The notes: generated from the letters alone by a model not told the origin. A DNA stretch of 64,000 bases from Patescibacteria group bacterium (GCA_030583805.1 CP129476.1:117453-181452); one strand, 5' to 3'; counted from the stretch's first letter, positions 9,622 through 19,509 are shown. Numbers and translations are program-made.

Positions 9622-9972
9622 ATGCGTCACCGAGTTAAAGGAGCCATCTTGAGCCGAACGAAGGGGCCGCGCACCGCGCTGCTTCGCAATTTGGCGACCT
9701 CCGTCGTCCTGTACGAGAAGGTCAAGACCACCAAGGCCAAGGCGAAATTCGTCCGCCCGCTGGTCGAGAAGGCGATCACGATCGGCCGCGCCGGAACGCT
9801 CGCGTCCCGCCGCCAGCTGCATACGATGTTCACTCTCGAAAACGCGATCAAGAAGATCGTCGAAGAGCTCGCCCCGAAATACAAGGGACGCGCCGGCGGT
9901 TATACGCGCATCGTCCCGCTCAAGCGCCGCGAAGGCGACGCTGCCGAGATGGTGCAGATCGAATTGGTGTAA
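9622..9972 (+). CDS. rplQ: 50S ribosomal protein L17
   Basis: MRHRVKGAILSRTKGPRTALLRNLATSVVLYEKVKTT... L17. Confidence 0.95.
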   Translation: MRHRVKGAILSRTKGPRTALLRNLATSVVLYEKVKTTKAKAKFVRPLVEKAITIGRAGTLASRRQLHTMFTLENAIKKIVEELAPKYKGRAGGYTRIVPLKRREGDAAEMVQIELV

Positions 9973-9976
9973 CCCT

Positions 9977-10342
9977 ATGCCGAGCACTCCCATCACCCGC
10001 AAAGCCGTTGAAATCGACGCCGCCGGCCAGTCCGTCGGACGTCTCGCGACTCAGATCGCCCGCATTTTGATCGGCAAGCACAAAGCGACCTACACGCCGA
10101 ACGTTGACGGCGGCGACACCGTCCGCGTCAAGAACGCGAGCAAGCTGGTTCTCACGGGCAACAAGACCGAGTCCAAGCTCTACTACCACTACTCGCAGTA
10201 TCCGGGCGGCATGAAGACGCGCTCGGCCAAGACCTTGATGGTCAAGGATCCGGGCAAGGTTCTCCGCTACGCGGTCGACCGCATGCTTCCGAAAAACACC
10301 CTGCGCGCTCGTCGCATCAAGCGCCTCACGATCATCAAATAA
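9977..10342 (+). CDS. rplM: 50S ribosomal protein L13
   Basis: RLATQIARILIGKHKATYTPNVDGGDTVRVKNASKLVLTG... L13. Confidence 0.95.
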   Translation: MPSTPITRKAVEIDAAGQSVGRLATQIARILIGKHKATYTPNVDGGDTVRVKNASKLVLTGNKTESKLYYHYSQYPGGMKTRSAKTLMVKDPGKVLRYAVDRMLPKNTLRARRIKRLTIIK

Positions 10343-10347
10343 GCGCT

Positions 10348-10833
10348 ATGACGACGAAGAAAGAAACCACCAAAAAGCCCGTCGCCAAGAAGGCCGCCAA
10401 GGCCGACGCGCCGAAGAAGCACCACACGAGCCACGAAGCTTCCGGCAAGTACGTTTACGCCCTCGGCCGCCGCAAGAGCGGCACCGCCATGGTGCGCGTG
10501 TACCTCGCCGGCAAAGGCGTCATCACCGTCAACTCCAAGCCGATGAAGGAATACTTCCCGGTTGAAGACTTGCAGGATGCCGTCATGGTGCCTCTCAAGG
10601 CCGTCGGTATGGACGCGAACACGGACGTGGTCGTCTCCGCCCACGGCGGCGGCATCCGCGGCCAGGCTGACGCCGTCAAACTCGGCATCGCCCGCGCCCT
10701 CTTGGTCCACAACCCCGATTTCCGCGCCACCCTGAAACCCCTCGGCGTCCTCACCCGCGACCCCCGCGAGAAGGAACGCAAGAAGTACGGTCTCAAGAAG
10801 GCTCGCAAGAGCCCGCAGTGGGCAAAGCGTTAA
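10348..10833 (+). CDS. rpsI: 30S ribosomal protein S9 (Lys-rich N-terminal extension)
   Basis: GRRKSGTAMVRVYLAGKGVITVN...KYGLKKARKSPQWAKR S9 with C-terminal R. Confidence 0.95.
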   Translation: MTTKKETTKKPVAKKAAKADAPKKHHTSHEASGKYVYALGRRKSGTAMVRVYLAGKGVITVNSKPMKEYFPVEDLQDAVMVPLKAVGMDANTDVVVSAHGGGIRGQADAVKLGIARALLVHNPDFRATLKPLGVLTRDPREKERKKYGLKKARKSPQWAKR

Positions 10834-10840
10834 ACGCACA

Positions 10841-10875
10841 AAAACTCCTCGGTATCTACCGAGGAGTTTTTGATT
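10841..10875 (+). terminator. rho-independent terminator after rpsI
   Basis: AAAACTCCTCGGTA-tc-TACCGAGGAGTTTT perfect hairpin followed by a T-run. Confidence 0.6.
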
Positions 10876-10948
10876 CGCATTCCGCCAGAAAAGAATTGAT
10901 GTTTCTCCTCGTTTCTGTCATTCTGTACCCGTCCAAAAGGAGGTACGC

Positions 10949-11242
10949 ATGGGTTCCAAGCTCAGGTTCAACCCGCCGAGGCCGGTCGAGGGGCATCCGG
11001 TCGAGCTCGTCGAGCTCAACTATGCCCGCGACAGCTATATCTGGCTCATCACGGTCCGCTTCACGGAGTACGATCCGCCGGTCGAGTCGCAGCTGCGCTA
11101 CGACGTGAGCAAGGGGATCACGATCGATCTTCCGGTCATGCCCCCGGGCGCGCGCCAGGCGCTGCTCGACATCCGCGGCGAGGCGCCGTGGGATGGGAAC
11201 CCTCTCTCCAAGCTCATCGATGCGTCGCTGCCCGACCTGTAA
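10949..11242 (+). CDS. hypothetical protein (97 aa)
   Basis: Strong RBS AAGGAGGT 5 nt upstream of ATG. No recognisable family. Confidence 0.5.
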   Translation: MGSKLRFNPPRPVEGHPVELVELNYARDSYIWLITVRFTEYDPPVESQLRYDVSKGITIDLPVMPPGARQALLDIRGEAPWDGNPLSKLIDASLPDL

Positions 11243-11250
11243 CCGCCGCC

Positions 11251-11272
11251 GTCCGCGCGCGGTTTTTTTGCG
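11251..11272. terminator. possible bidirectional terminator (GC palindrome + T7)
   Basis: CCGCGCGCGG followed by TTTTTTT, between convergent genes. Confidence 0.35.
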
Positions 11273-11285
11273 CGCCAAACGAAGG

Positions 11286-11585
11286 TCAGCGCGGCAGGTA
11301 GAACATGAGCGCGAGAATGGCGCCGGCCGCGGCACTGTTCATCGTGGAAGAAATCAGGAGCGCAAGCGTCCGGCGGTGGATGGCATAGACCATCCACGTC
11401 AAACTGCTCACCAAAATAATGACAAACGTCAAAAGCGACAGGCCTTGGACGTTCAGCGTCCAAAAGGCCTTTATGGCTTGCGGAAACAAAGCGATGCCTG
11501 AAAGAAGCCCGTTGGCATACGCGATACGGTCGACAAGGTGTTGGTGGTCTTCAAGACGCGTGAGTAGTTCCGATATTTTGCTCAT
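11286..11585 (-). CDS. small membrane protein (99 aa, about 3 TM), hypothetical
   Basis: ATG at 11585 (MSKISELLTRLEDHQH...) within ORF 11286..12836. Hydrophobic segments LSLLTFVIILVSSLTWMVYAI and AAAGAILALMFYL. No clear SD, so weaker. Confidence 0.4.
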   Translation of the reverse strand: MSKISELLTRLEDHQHLVDRIAYANGLLSGIALFPQAIKAFWTLNVQGLSLLTFVIILVSSLTWMVYAIHRRTLALLISSTMNSAAAGAILALMFYLPR

Positions 11586-11666
11586 GGAGGCGTACGTCTC
11601 TGCATCATAGCACATGAGCGACGCGCGTTTGATTTTTCCCCCTATTTCCGGCAAAATACGCATGAT

Positions 11667-13100
11667 ATGTCCGTGGCACGGAATACCGCTACGCTGCTCG
11701 TCGCCTCGGTCCTGCAGAAGGTCATCGCTTTCGTGTACTTCGCTTTGATCGCGCGCTGGGCGGGCGTTGAAAACACCGGCACGTACTTTTTCGCGCTTTC
11801 GTGGACCTTGATGTTTTCGGTCATCACCGATCTCGGACTGACTTCCGTCCTGATCCGCGAATCGGCGCGCGACCACGCACGGGCGGAGTCGGTCATGAAC
11901 CAGATCATGACGCTCAAGGTGCCGCTCATTTTTTTGGCGATGCTGGTCTCGGTGGCGGCGGCGTATGCGCTCGGTACGCGCGGCGAAGCGCTCGTGATGA
12001 TCGGCTTCGGCGCGCTGGTCCTGGCGCTCGACGGCATTTCGCTCATGTTCTACGGCGTGCTGCGCGGGCATCACATGCTGGCCTACGAGGGGATCGGCCT
12101 CGTCGTCGGACAGACGATGACGCTCGTGATCGGCGGCTATGTCCTGAAAACAGGCGCTCCGCTCCAATGGCTCATGCTGGCGCTCGTGGCCGGCAGCGCC
12201 TGGAATGCGTTCAACTCTTGGCGTGTCGTGCGGAAGAGGCTGAACATCAAACCGCGTTTCGTCTGGAACCGTGCGCTGGTCGGCACGATCGTCCGCGCGG
12301 CCGTGCCGTTCGCCTTGGCGGGCGCCTTCGTGAAGATCTACACCAACGCCGATGTCGTGCTGCTTACCAAGCTGGCAGGGGAGGAAGCTGCCGGCCTCTA
12401 CAGCGTGCCGTACAAGCTCACGTTCGCCTTCCAGTTCATCCCGATGGCCTTCACGGCGGCGCTGTATCCCGCCATGAGCCGCGCATACGCCCAGGACAAG
12501 GCTCAGCTCGGCGACCTGCTCCAGAAGGCGCTCTGGGCGCTTTCCGTCATCGTGGCGCCGATCGTGGCCGGCATCGTCGCGCTCGGTCCTGAGATCGTGC
12601 ATATGGTGTATGGCGCCGACTATGCGTCGTCGATTTTGCCGCTTCAAATTCTCGTCTTCACGCTGATTTTCGTCTTCCTCGATTTCCCGATCGGCTCGCT
12701 CCTGAACGGCTCCGACCGCCAGAGCACGCAGACGAAACTCATGGGGCTTGCGACGTGCATCTCGCTCGGATTGAACATCGCGCTGATTCCGGTCTACGGC
12801 GTGATGGGCGTCGCCATCGCTTCGCTCGTCAGCCATTTCGCGCTGTTCTTCGGAGGACTCTGGGCGATCGGGAAGTTTCTCGAGTGGCCGGCCGCGCAGT
12901 TTCTCTGGCGCGCCATCCGCATCGGGGCTTCGGCCGCGCTCATGGCCTTCGTCGTCATCTTCGCCAAGGGCTCCTTGCCGCTCGTGGCGTCGATCGCGCT
13001 CGGCGGCATCGCGTACGTCGCGTTTTCGCTTTCGCTGCGCACTGTCACGCCTTCCGACGTCCGCGACCTGTTCGGACGCGTGTTGAAACGCGCGTCATGA
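11667..13100 (+). CDS. wzx: polysaccharide/O-unit flippase (Wzx/MOP superfamily)
   Basis: Multi-TM membrane protein with Polysacc_synt-like N-terminus (LLVASVLQKVIAFVYFALIARWAGVENTGTYFFALS). Confidence 0.85.
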   Translation: MSVARNTATLLVASVLQKVIAFVYFALIARWAGVENTGTYFFALSWTLMFSVITDLGLTSVLIRESARDHARAESVMNQIMTLKVPLIFLAMLVSVAAAYALGTRGEALVMIGFGALVLALDGISLMFYGVLRGHHMLAYEGIGLVVGQTMTLVIGGYVLKTGAPLQWLMLALVAGSAWNAFNSWRVVRKRLNIKPRFVWNRALVGTIVRAAVPFALAGAFVKIYTNADVVLLTKLAGEEAAGLYSVPYKLTFAFQFIPMAFTAALYPAMSRAYAQDKAQLGDLLQKALWALSVIVAPIVAGIVALGPEIVHMVYGADYASSILPLQILVFTLIFVFLDFPIGSLLNGSDRQSTQTKLMGLATCISLGLNIALIPVYGVMGVAIASLVSHFALFFGGLWAIGKFLEWPAAQFLWRAIRIGASAALMAFVVIFAKGSLPLVASIALGGIAYVAFSLSLRTVTPSDVRDLFGRVLKRAS

Positions 13101-14104
13101 AACTCCTTCTTGTCACGTATGAATATCCGCCGGACCGCGGCGGTATCGCCAGCTACCTGGGCGGTCTTTTCGGCGCGATGGAGAACGTGACGGTCCTGAA
13201 ACTCAAGCAGCCGCGCGCGCCGCTTGCCTGGCTGAAGGATCTGCCCAAGATGGTTCGCGCCGCACGCAAGGCCGACGTTGTCGTGATCTCGCATCTTTTG
13301 CCGCTCGGGACGGCCGCGATGCTGCTCGGCAAGCCGTATGTCGTGATCGTGCACGGTCTCGACTTGCGCCTCGCCCGTCGAAAAAAAGCGCTGGCTTCCC
13401 TGGTGCTCAAAAAAGCCAAGCGCGTCGTGGCGAATAGCGCCTCGACGGCCGCCGCGCTGCCGGAATTCGGCATGAACGCCGAGCGTGCCGTGGTTCTCAC
13501 GCCCGCGATCGACGCTTCTTGGGATCGCTTCGCTTCAAAGTCGCGGACGCAAGGCCTGCAAAAAACGATCTTGTCGGTCGGGCGCTTCGTGCCGCGGAAG
13601 GGGTTTGATCGCCTGATCGGCATGCTGCCGAAACTGCGCGAAGCCTGTGGCGAAGTACTGTTGATTCTGGCCGGTGCGGGACCCGAGGAGGGGAGCCTTC
13701 GCAAAGAAGCGGAAAAACTCGGCGTGGCTTCGCACGTGAAGTTCGTGATCGCGCCCGATCAGGAAACGCTGGCCGCGCAGTATTGGGTGTGCGACGTCTT
13801 CGCGCTTCCGGCACGCGAGTCCAAAGACGACGTCGAAGGCTTCGGTATCGTCTTCCTCGAGGCGGCGCTCTTCGGCAAGCCAATCGTCGCCATGCGGACC
13901 GGCGGCACTCCGGAGGCTGTTCAGGATAGCGTGACGGGGCTCTTGGCTGATCCCTCGTCCGAGCAGGAGTTCTTGGAAAAGCTGATTCGCGTCTTGAACG
14001 AGCCGGAAACGGCCGAACGCCTCGGGGACGCCGGCCGCGAGCGCGTGCTGCGCGAGTTCCAATGGAAGGAACGGGCCGAGCTGCTGAAAAGGAAACTCGC
14101 ATGA
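13097..14104 (+). CDS. glycosyltransferase family 4 (GT-B, RfaG-like)
   Basis: C-terminal EGFGIVFLEAALFGKPIVAMRTGG GT4 motif. ATGA start/stop overlap with wzx. Confidence 0.85.
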   Translation: MKLLLVTYEYPPDRGGIASYLGGLFGAMENVTVLKLKQPRAPLAWLKDLPKMVRAARKADVVVISHLLPLGTAAMLLGKPYVVIVHGLDLRLARRKKALASLVLKKAKRVVANSASTAAALPEFGMNAERAVVLTPAIDASWDRFASKSRTQGLQKTILSVGRFVPRKGFDRLIGMLPKLREACGEVLLILAGAGPEEGSLRKEAEKLGVASHVKFVIAPDQETLAAQYWVCDVFALPARESKDDVEGFGIVFLEAALFGKPIVAMRTGGTPEAVQDSVTGLLADPSSEQEFLEKLIRVLNEPETAERLGDAGRERVLREFQWKERAELLKRKLA

Positions 14105-14808
14105 AAAGCATTTCCGTCATTATTCCGTGCTATAACCACGCGGCTACCGTCGGGCGCTGCTTGGAGAGCGTGTACGCGCAGACGCTTCCGGCTTTTGAAG
14201 TCGTCGTTGTCGACGACGGTTCGACCGACGCGCTCGACGCTGCGCTCAAGCCGTTTTTGGGGAAGATCAAGCTGGTGCGGCAGATCAACAGCGGCGGTCC
14301 GGCCGCGCGCAACCGCGGTTTCCGCGAGTCGAAAGGCGACCTCGTGCTGTTTTGCGACGCCGATATTATCCTTCGTCCGGACGCGCTCGAAAAACTGACG
14401 GCGGCGCTCGACGCGCATCCTGAAGCCGCTTACGCCTATGCTTCCTTCAAATTCGGTTGGAAAGCGTTTCCGCTCGGACCGTTCGATCCGGCGCGTCTCA
14501 AAAAACACAACTACATCCATACCGGCTCGCTCATTCGCCGCGAGAAATTCCCCGGTTTTGACGAGTCGCTCAAGCGCTTTCAGGACTGGGACCTTTGGCT
14601 TACGATGCTCGAGAGGGGAGACACCGGCGTCTGGGTGCCGGAATTCCTGGCGAACGTGCACGTTTCCTCGAAGCGCGGCGGCATCTCGAATTGGCTGCCG
14701 AAGCTCGCGTACCGGCTGCCGTGGAAATGGCTCGGCTGGAAACCGAAGCGCGTCGTCGAATACGAGGCCGCCGCCGCCGTCATCCGCAGAAAACATTCAC
14801 TTGCATGA
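14101..14808 (+). CDS. glycosyltransferase family 2
   Basis: VIIPCYNHAATVGRCLESVYAQT...VVVVDDGSTD GT2 DXD region. ATGA overlap with the upstream gene. Confidence 0.85.
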   Translation: MKSISVIIPCYNHAATVGRCLESVYAQTLPAFEVVVVDDGSTDALDAALKPFLGKIKLVRQINSGGPAARNRGFRESKGDLVLFCDADIILRPDALEKLTAALDAHPEAAYAYASFKFGWKAFPLGPFDPARLKKHNYIHTGSLIRREKFPGFDESLKRFQDWDLWLTMLERGDTGVWVPEFLANVHVSSKRGGISNWLPKLAYRLPWKWLGWKPKRVVEYEAAAAVIRRKHSLA

Positions 14809-15692
14809 GCCGCGCTCCCGACCTCTCGATCATCACCGTCAACTGGAAAGTCGCCGATTTGGTCGGCGAGCTTTTGGGCTCGATCGAAGCGAACAAGGAG
14901 CACTTGGCGATCGAAATGTTTGTCGTCGATAACGATTCGAAAGACGGCATCGACGCCGTCGTCGCGGCGTTTAAAAACCGTTCCGGAATCCCGATCACGC
15001 TCATCAAGAACGATCGAAATCTTGGATTTGCCGCCGCCAACAATATCGCGATCCGCCGCGCTTCCGGGCGGCACGTGGCGCTTTTGAATCCCGACGCGCG
15101 CGCCACGCACGGCGCGCTTGCAAAAATGGTCGCTTGGATGGACGCGCATCCGGACGTCGGCGTGGCCGGCACCAAGCTTTTGAACGTCGACGGCACGCTC
15201 CAGGAGTCCGTCCGCCGCTTCCCGGGTCTTCTCGATCAAGCGATGATTCTTCTGAAACTCCAGCATGTCTGGCCGGACGCGCCGCCGTTTAAGAAGTATC
15301 TGATGAAAGGTTTTGACGACGCGAAAGAGCAGGATGTCGATCAGGTCATGGGCGCGGCCTTCTTCGTGCGCCGCGAGACGTTCAAGAAGATCGGCTTGCT
15401 CGATGAAGCCTTCTTCATCTGGTTCGAAGAAGTCGATTTCTGCAAGCGCGTGAAGAACGCCGGGCTCCGCGTCGTCTATACGCCGGTCGCGTCGTTCATC
15501 CATCATCGCGGCGCCAGCTTCGCGCAAGCGATGACGTTCAAAAAACAAAGATACTTCACGAACAGCATGCGCATCTACTTTGCCAAGCACATGGGTCTCT
15601 GGACGACGCCGCTCCTGGCGCTGCCGATGTGTTTCGGCCTCGTTTCATCCGCCTTCTTTTCCCTATGGCATTCGCCCTCCCGCAAAGCCTGA
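14805..15692 (+). CDS. glycosyltransferase family 2 (rhamnosyltransferase/WbbL-like)
   Basis: LSIITVNWKVADLVGELLGSI...FVVDNDSKDG. ATGA overlap with the upstream gene. Confidence 0.85.
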   Translation: MSRAPDLSIITVNWKVADLVGELLGSIEANKEHLAIEMFVVDNDSKDGIDAVVAAFKNRSGIPITLIKNDRNLGFAAANNIAIRRASGRHVALLNPDARATHGALAKMVAWMDAHPDVGVAGTKLLNVDGTLQESVRRFPGLLDQAMILLKLQHVWPDAPPFKKYLMKGFDDAKEQDVDQVMGAAFFVRRETFKKIGLLDEAFFIWFEEVDFCKRVKNAGLRVVYTPVASFIHHRGASFAQAMTFKKQRYFTNSMRIYFAKHMGLWTTPLLALPMCFGLVSSAFFSLWHSPSRKA

Positions 15693-17158
15693 CCCGCCGG
15701 CTGCCCGTCGCGATCTTCGCGTTCTGCGCGCTGCTCGAGCTTTTATCGTATTGGGGCTGGCACGCGCCGGTGATCCGCACGTCCGCGCTCGCAGCCCTCG
15801 CGCTCGGCGCCGTCGTCCTGGCCTGCCTTGATCTGCGCTGGCTCTTCGCGCTCGTCCTGGTCGAGATGGTTATCGGGAGCCACGGCCGCCTGTTTTTCGC
15901 GGAACTGGGCGGGTTCTCGGTATCGCTCCGCATGGCGTTCTTCGCGGTGCTCACGCTCGGCTGGGTGCTGCACGCGGCACGCGGTTGCGCCCGTATTCTG
16001 CACTTCCGCCACGCGCACGTAACGGCTCCGCTCCTGCTCCTGATCACGGCAATCACGTTCTCCGTCCTACGCGGCTTGTCGACGGGCGCTTCGCTCGGCG
16101 AAATCTTCAACGACGCGAACGGCTACGCGTTCATGCTGCTCATCCCGATCGGCCTCGATCTCTTCGCCGATCGCCAAGCGTACGCCTGGCTTCTCAGGGC
16201 GCTGTCGGGCGCCGTCGCCTGGCTCTGCGCGAAAAGCCTGCTCCTCCTGTACCTGTTTTCACACAGCTTCGACGGCGCTTGGCTGCGCGACGTCTTTCTC
16301 TGGCAGCGCCGTTTCGGCCTGACCGAAATCACGCATTTGACGGGCGGAGCGGTGCGCGTCTTTGCGGCGTCCGACGTCCTGCTTCTGCCCGCGCTTTTTC
16401 TCGGCGCGCTGCTCGCCTGGGAGTTCCGCAAGCGCTCGGCACTGCTTTGGACCGCGCTCGTGACGGCCGCGTTCCTCCTCTCCATGTCCCGCAGCTTCTG
16501 GTTGGGCGCGCTCACGGCCGCGGCGTTCATGCTGCCCGTGTTCGTGCGTTTTGAAATCATCCCGCTCGCGAAGCTCGGACGCCTTCTTAAAGTGGCGCTC
16601 GCCGCCATCGGTCTGGCTGTCGGCCTGCTTGGCGCCACCGTGCTTTTCCCGCAGCCAAAACCGGTGCAAAACGCCGAGGCGTGGAGCGCCTACGGCGGCC
16701 GCGTGCTGAACGCCTCCGACGCGGCGGTCTCGAGCCGATGGAACATGATCGGGCCGATCCAAGAAGGGATCGCTGCCTCGCCGCTGATCGGCAGCGGCTT
16801 CGGCACGCAAATCACGTACCAATCCGACGATCCGCGCATGCACGACCTCTATCCCGGCGGCCGCGTCACGACGGGCGCGATCGAATGGCAGTATCTCGAA
16901 ATCTGGCTAAAGATGGGCGTGCTCGGATTGATCGCCGTCTTCTGGTTGTGGTGGCGCACCGGCCTACTCTTCTGGAAAACACTCGAGACGGCCCGTGGTG
17001 CGGACCGTCTCGTGGCGGCGGGCTTCATGTTGTCCTTCCTGGCGTTCATCGTGGCGAATATTTTCACGCCGTATCTCAATCATCCTCTCGGCTGGGGGTT
17101 CCTGGCGCTCGTGATCGTCGGTTTGCACGCCGCGCAGGAATCCGTCCATGACGCTTAG
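15665..17158 (+). CDS. O-antigen ligase/polymerase family membrane protein (Wzy_C-like)
   Basis: Polytopic membrane protein with a Wzy_C-like segment (LLSMSRSFWLGALTAAAFML). Start uncertain (15629 or 15665), overlaps the upstream GT2. Confidence 0.7.
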   Translation: MAFALPQSLTRRLPVAIFAFCALLELLSYWGWHAPVIRTSALAALALGAVVLACLDLRWLFALVLVEMVIGSHGRLFFAELGGFSVSLRMAFFAVLTLGWVLHAARGCARILHFRHAHVTAPLLLLITAITFSVLRGLSTGASLGEIFNDANGYAFMLLIPIGLDLFADRQAYAWLLRALSGAVAWLCAKSLLLLYLFSHSFDGAWLRDVFLWQRRFGLTEITHLTGGAVRVFAASDVLLLPALFLGALLAWEFRKRSALLWTALVTAAFLLSMSRSFWLGALTAAAFMLPVFVRFEIIPLAKLGRLLKVALAAIGLAVGLLGATVLFPQPKPVQNAEAWSAYGGRVLNASDAAVSSRWNMIGPIQEGIAASPLIGSGFGTQITYQSDDPRMHDLYPGGRVTTGAIEWQYLEIWLKMGVLGLIAVFWLWWRTGLLFWKTLETARGADRLVAAGFMLSFLAFIVANIFTPYLNHPLGWGFLALVIVGLHAAQESVHDA

Positions 17159-18012
17159 TGTGTTTCGCGCTTGGACGTCGGCTGCATGTCGCGAACATCG
17201 ACAATGTACGTAACCGTAGCCCACGGACCACCACCTTCACTGTGCGCTACTAGACTTTCGCGCATTTCTCCGACCACAATTGTTGCTTTTCCTTCGCTTC
17301 CGACCGGACCGAAGCGATTCATGTCGACGTTGGTCAACTCAAAACGGGAGTACGGCATCTTTTCTGCCTCCGCGCCTTTTAGCTCCATCTCAACGGTCCC
17401 GCCAAAACCGTCGGTATGCACAAATGTTCCTGTGACGACTGCGCTACCGAACCATTTGACATAACGGCTGTACATGTCCGATGCGCTTTCTACGACCACC
17501 CAGTTGCCGTGCTTCGTGCCCGGTTCCGGTACTGCGACATATCCGATCGGCTCGCTGTCGGCACTGTCTCTCTCGATTGTTTGGACGTGCCCGATCTCGA
17601 TCCATTCACCGCCGCTGTTTCCTTTGGGATCATGGTTCTTCGTGTAGCCGGTGAGTGTGAGAGATGCCTTTCCCGTCTTGCCGAGACCGAAGTCAAAACG
17701 CTTCAGAATCTCGTTATTGAGTGTGCAGATCTGTTTCGGCAGCATCGCAGCTGCGGCCGTTTCGTCGTCGAGTTCAAGGCAGAGGCCGTTCGCCGACGTG
17801 TTTTTCGGGGTGGACGCATATCGCCCCGAGACGGACACGTTCCCGCGATAGCGGAGCGTGTAGCTCCCGTCTTCTTTATATTCGGCTGACGTGACCGTCC
17901 ATGGACCCATGCTGGTGCCCGGCATTGCGACAAGTGTGGAAGTGCTGCTTGTGCAGCCCGCACCGAGCAAGAATACCGTCGCTGAAAAAAGAAGTATCTT
18001 TTGGAAACGCAT
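17155..18012 (-). CDS. hypothetical lipoprotein
   Basis: MRFQKILLFSATVFLLGAGC signal peptide + lipobox. No family recognised. Confidence 0.55.
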   Translation of the reverse strand: MRFQKILLFSATVFLLGAGCTSSTSTLVAMPGTSMGPWTVTSAEYKEDGSYTLRYRGNVSVSGRYASTPKNTSANGLCLELDDETAAAAMLPKQICTLNNEILKRFDFGLGKTGKASLTLTGYTKNHDPKGNSGGEWIEIGHVQTIERDSADSEPIGYVAVPEPGTKHGNWVVVESASDMYSRYVKWFGSAVVTGTFVHTDGFGGTVEMELKGAEAEKMPYSRFELTNVDMNRFGPVGSEGKATIVVGEMRESLVAHSEGGGPWATVTYIVDVRDMQPTSKRETH

Positions 18013-18016
18013 AGCC

Positions 18017-18997
18017 TTAAAGAGTGTATATAAGTTGTGAACCGATAAAATCCGGATGGCCGTTCAAAAAAGCTTTCGCGTCCGTTTCGTTTTTTCCCTC
18101 GAGCTGGATCGTTTTCAGTAGTAAGGATCCGGTACCGCAATTGACGGCGAGTGTGCCGTCCGCAAGCTTGCAGGCGACGGACGTGTTGCCAGCCGCGTCG
18201 CACGGAGCCGAGGGGTGCAGTACGGACGCTTTCTTGATCGTCAGTTTTTGCGCTTTGCCGCCGCGCGTCCAAAAGGTGAACGCTTCCGGCCACGGCTGCA
18301 TGGCGCGCACGAAGCGCTCGATCTCGACGGCCGACTTCGACCAGTCGATACGACCGTCCTCGCGCGTCAGGATGCCGCTGTAGCTCGCCTTGGCGTTGTC
18401 CTGCGCCTGGGGCGACAAGGCTCCGGCAAAATACGCCTTGAGCGTCGGCGCGATGATGTCGGCGCCGAGCTCCGAGAGCTTGTGCGTCAAGGTGGCCGTC
18501 GTGTCTTCTTCCGAAATCGGCATGCGCGCGTAGTCCAGAACCGGACCTTCGTCCATTTTTTCGTCCATGACCATGATCGTGACGCCCGTCTCCTTGTCTC
18601 CGGCGTTGATGGCGGCCGAAATCGGCGAGGCGCCTCGGTAGGCTGGCAACAGCGAAGCGTGCACGTTGATGCCGCCGTACTTCGGTAGTTCCAAAAGACG
18701 TTTGGGCAAGATTTTTCCGTAGGAGACGACGACGTACGCGTCGGCGTTCAAGTTTTTGAAATGGGATTCCGCTTCGTGTCCGCGCAGCGATTCCGGCTGC
18801 ACGATCGACAAGCCCAGTTCCAGCGCCGCGCGCTTCACGGGCGGAGCGGTCAGGACGTGCTTGCGGCCGACGGGGCGGTCGGGCTGCGTCACGACTTGGA
18901 GGATTGAAAAACTTCCGTCGGTTTGGAGATGCTGCAGAACCGGCACGGCGAAATCCGATGTGCCGAAGAAAACGATGTTGTAGGGTTCGCGCGGCAT
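18017..18997 (-). CDS. fmt: methionyl-tRNA formyltransferase
   Basis: IVFFGTSDFAVPVL, GINVHASLLPAYRGASPI motifs. Confidence 0.9.
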   Translation of the reverse strand: MPREPYNIVFFGTSDFAVPVLQHLQTDGSFSILQVVTQPDRPVGRKHVLTAPPVKRAALELGLSIVQPESLRGHEAESHFKNLNADAYVVVSYGKILPKRLLELPKYGGINVHASLLPAYRGASPISAAINAGDKETGVTIMVMDEKMDEGPVLDYARMPISEEDTTATLTHKLSELGADIIAPTLKAYFAGALSPQAQDNAKASYSGILTREDGRIDWSKSAVEIERFVRAMQPWPEAFTFWTRGGKAQKLTIKKASVLHPSAPCDAAGNTSVACKLADGTLAVNCGTGSLLLKTIQLEGKNETDAKAFLNGHPDFIGSQLIYTL

Positions 18998-19008
18998 CGG
19001 ATGGGGGA

Positions 19009-19479
19009 TTACGGCTGCGTTTCGTGCACTTCTTTGGCCCGATCAACGAACAGGATGCCGTCCAAGTGATCAAGCTCGTGCTGGAGGACGCGGGCGAAAA
19101 AGCCGTTCGCGTCGTGCGAGACGGGCTTGCCGTCGCGATCAAGTCCTTTAAGCGCGAATCCGCGATGGCGGCGAACGATGCCCCATTTGCCCGGTACCGA
19201 CAAACAGCCTTCCTCGCCGTCCTCCATGCGCCACGATTTCCGGACCATGACGGGGTTGATGACGATATACGGCTTCTTGCCGTCGACCGCCACGAAAACG
19301 CGAACCCACCGCCCGACTTGCGGGGCGGCGATTCCGACGCCGTCGGCCTTCCACATGGTTTCGACGAGATCGTCGAGCCATTTCTGGAATTCCGGGGTCT
19401 TGATGGTGGCGGGGTCGACCTCTTCCGAACGGGTCCGCAGTTGCGGGTTCGGCAGGGTCACGATCGGCAGATACGCCAT
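19009..19479 (-). CDS. def: peptide deformylase
   Basis: GIAAPQVG, EGCLSVPG, HELDHLDG motifs. Confidence 0.9.
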   Translation of the reverse strand: MAYLPIVTLPNPQLRTRSEEVDPATIKTPEFQKWLDDLVETMWKADGVGIAAPQVGRWVRVFVAVDGKKPYIVINPVMVRKSWRMEDGEEGCLSVPGKWGIVRRHRGFALKGLDRDGKPVSHDANGFFARVLQHELDHLDGILFVDRAKEVHETQP

Positions 19480-19509
19480 AGAATCCGATATTCTTGAAGG
19501 CTCAGGCTA

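Noticed and set aside
11286-12836. 516-aa minus-strand ORF
   Set aside because: Mostly antisense to the Wzx flippase. Only its last 99 codons (11286-11585), which lie outside the flippase gene, look like a real small membrane protein and are reported separately.
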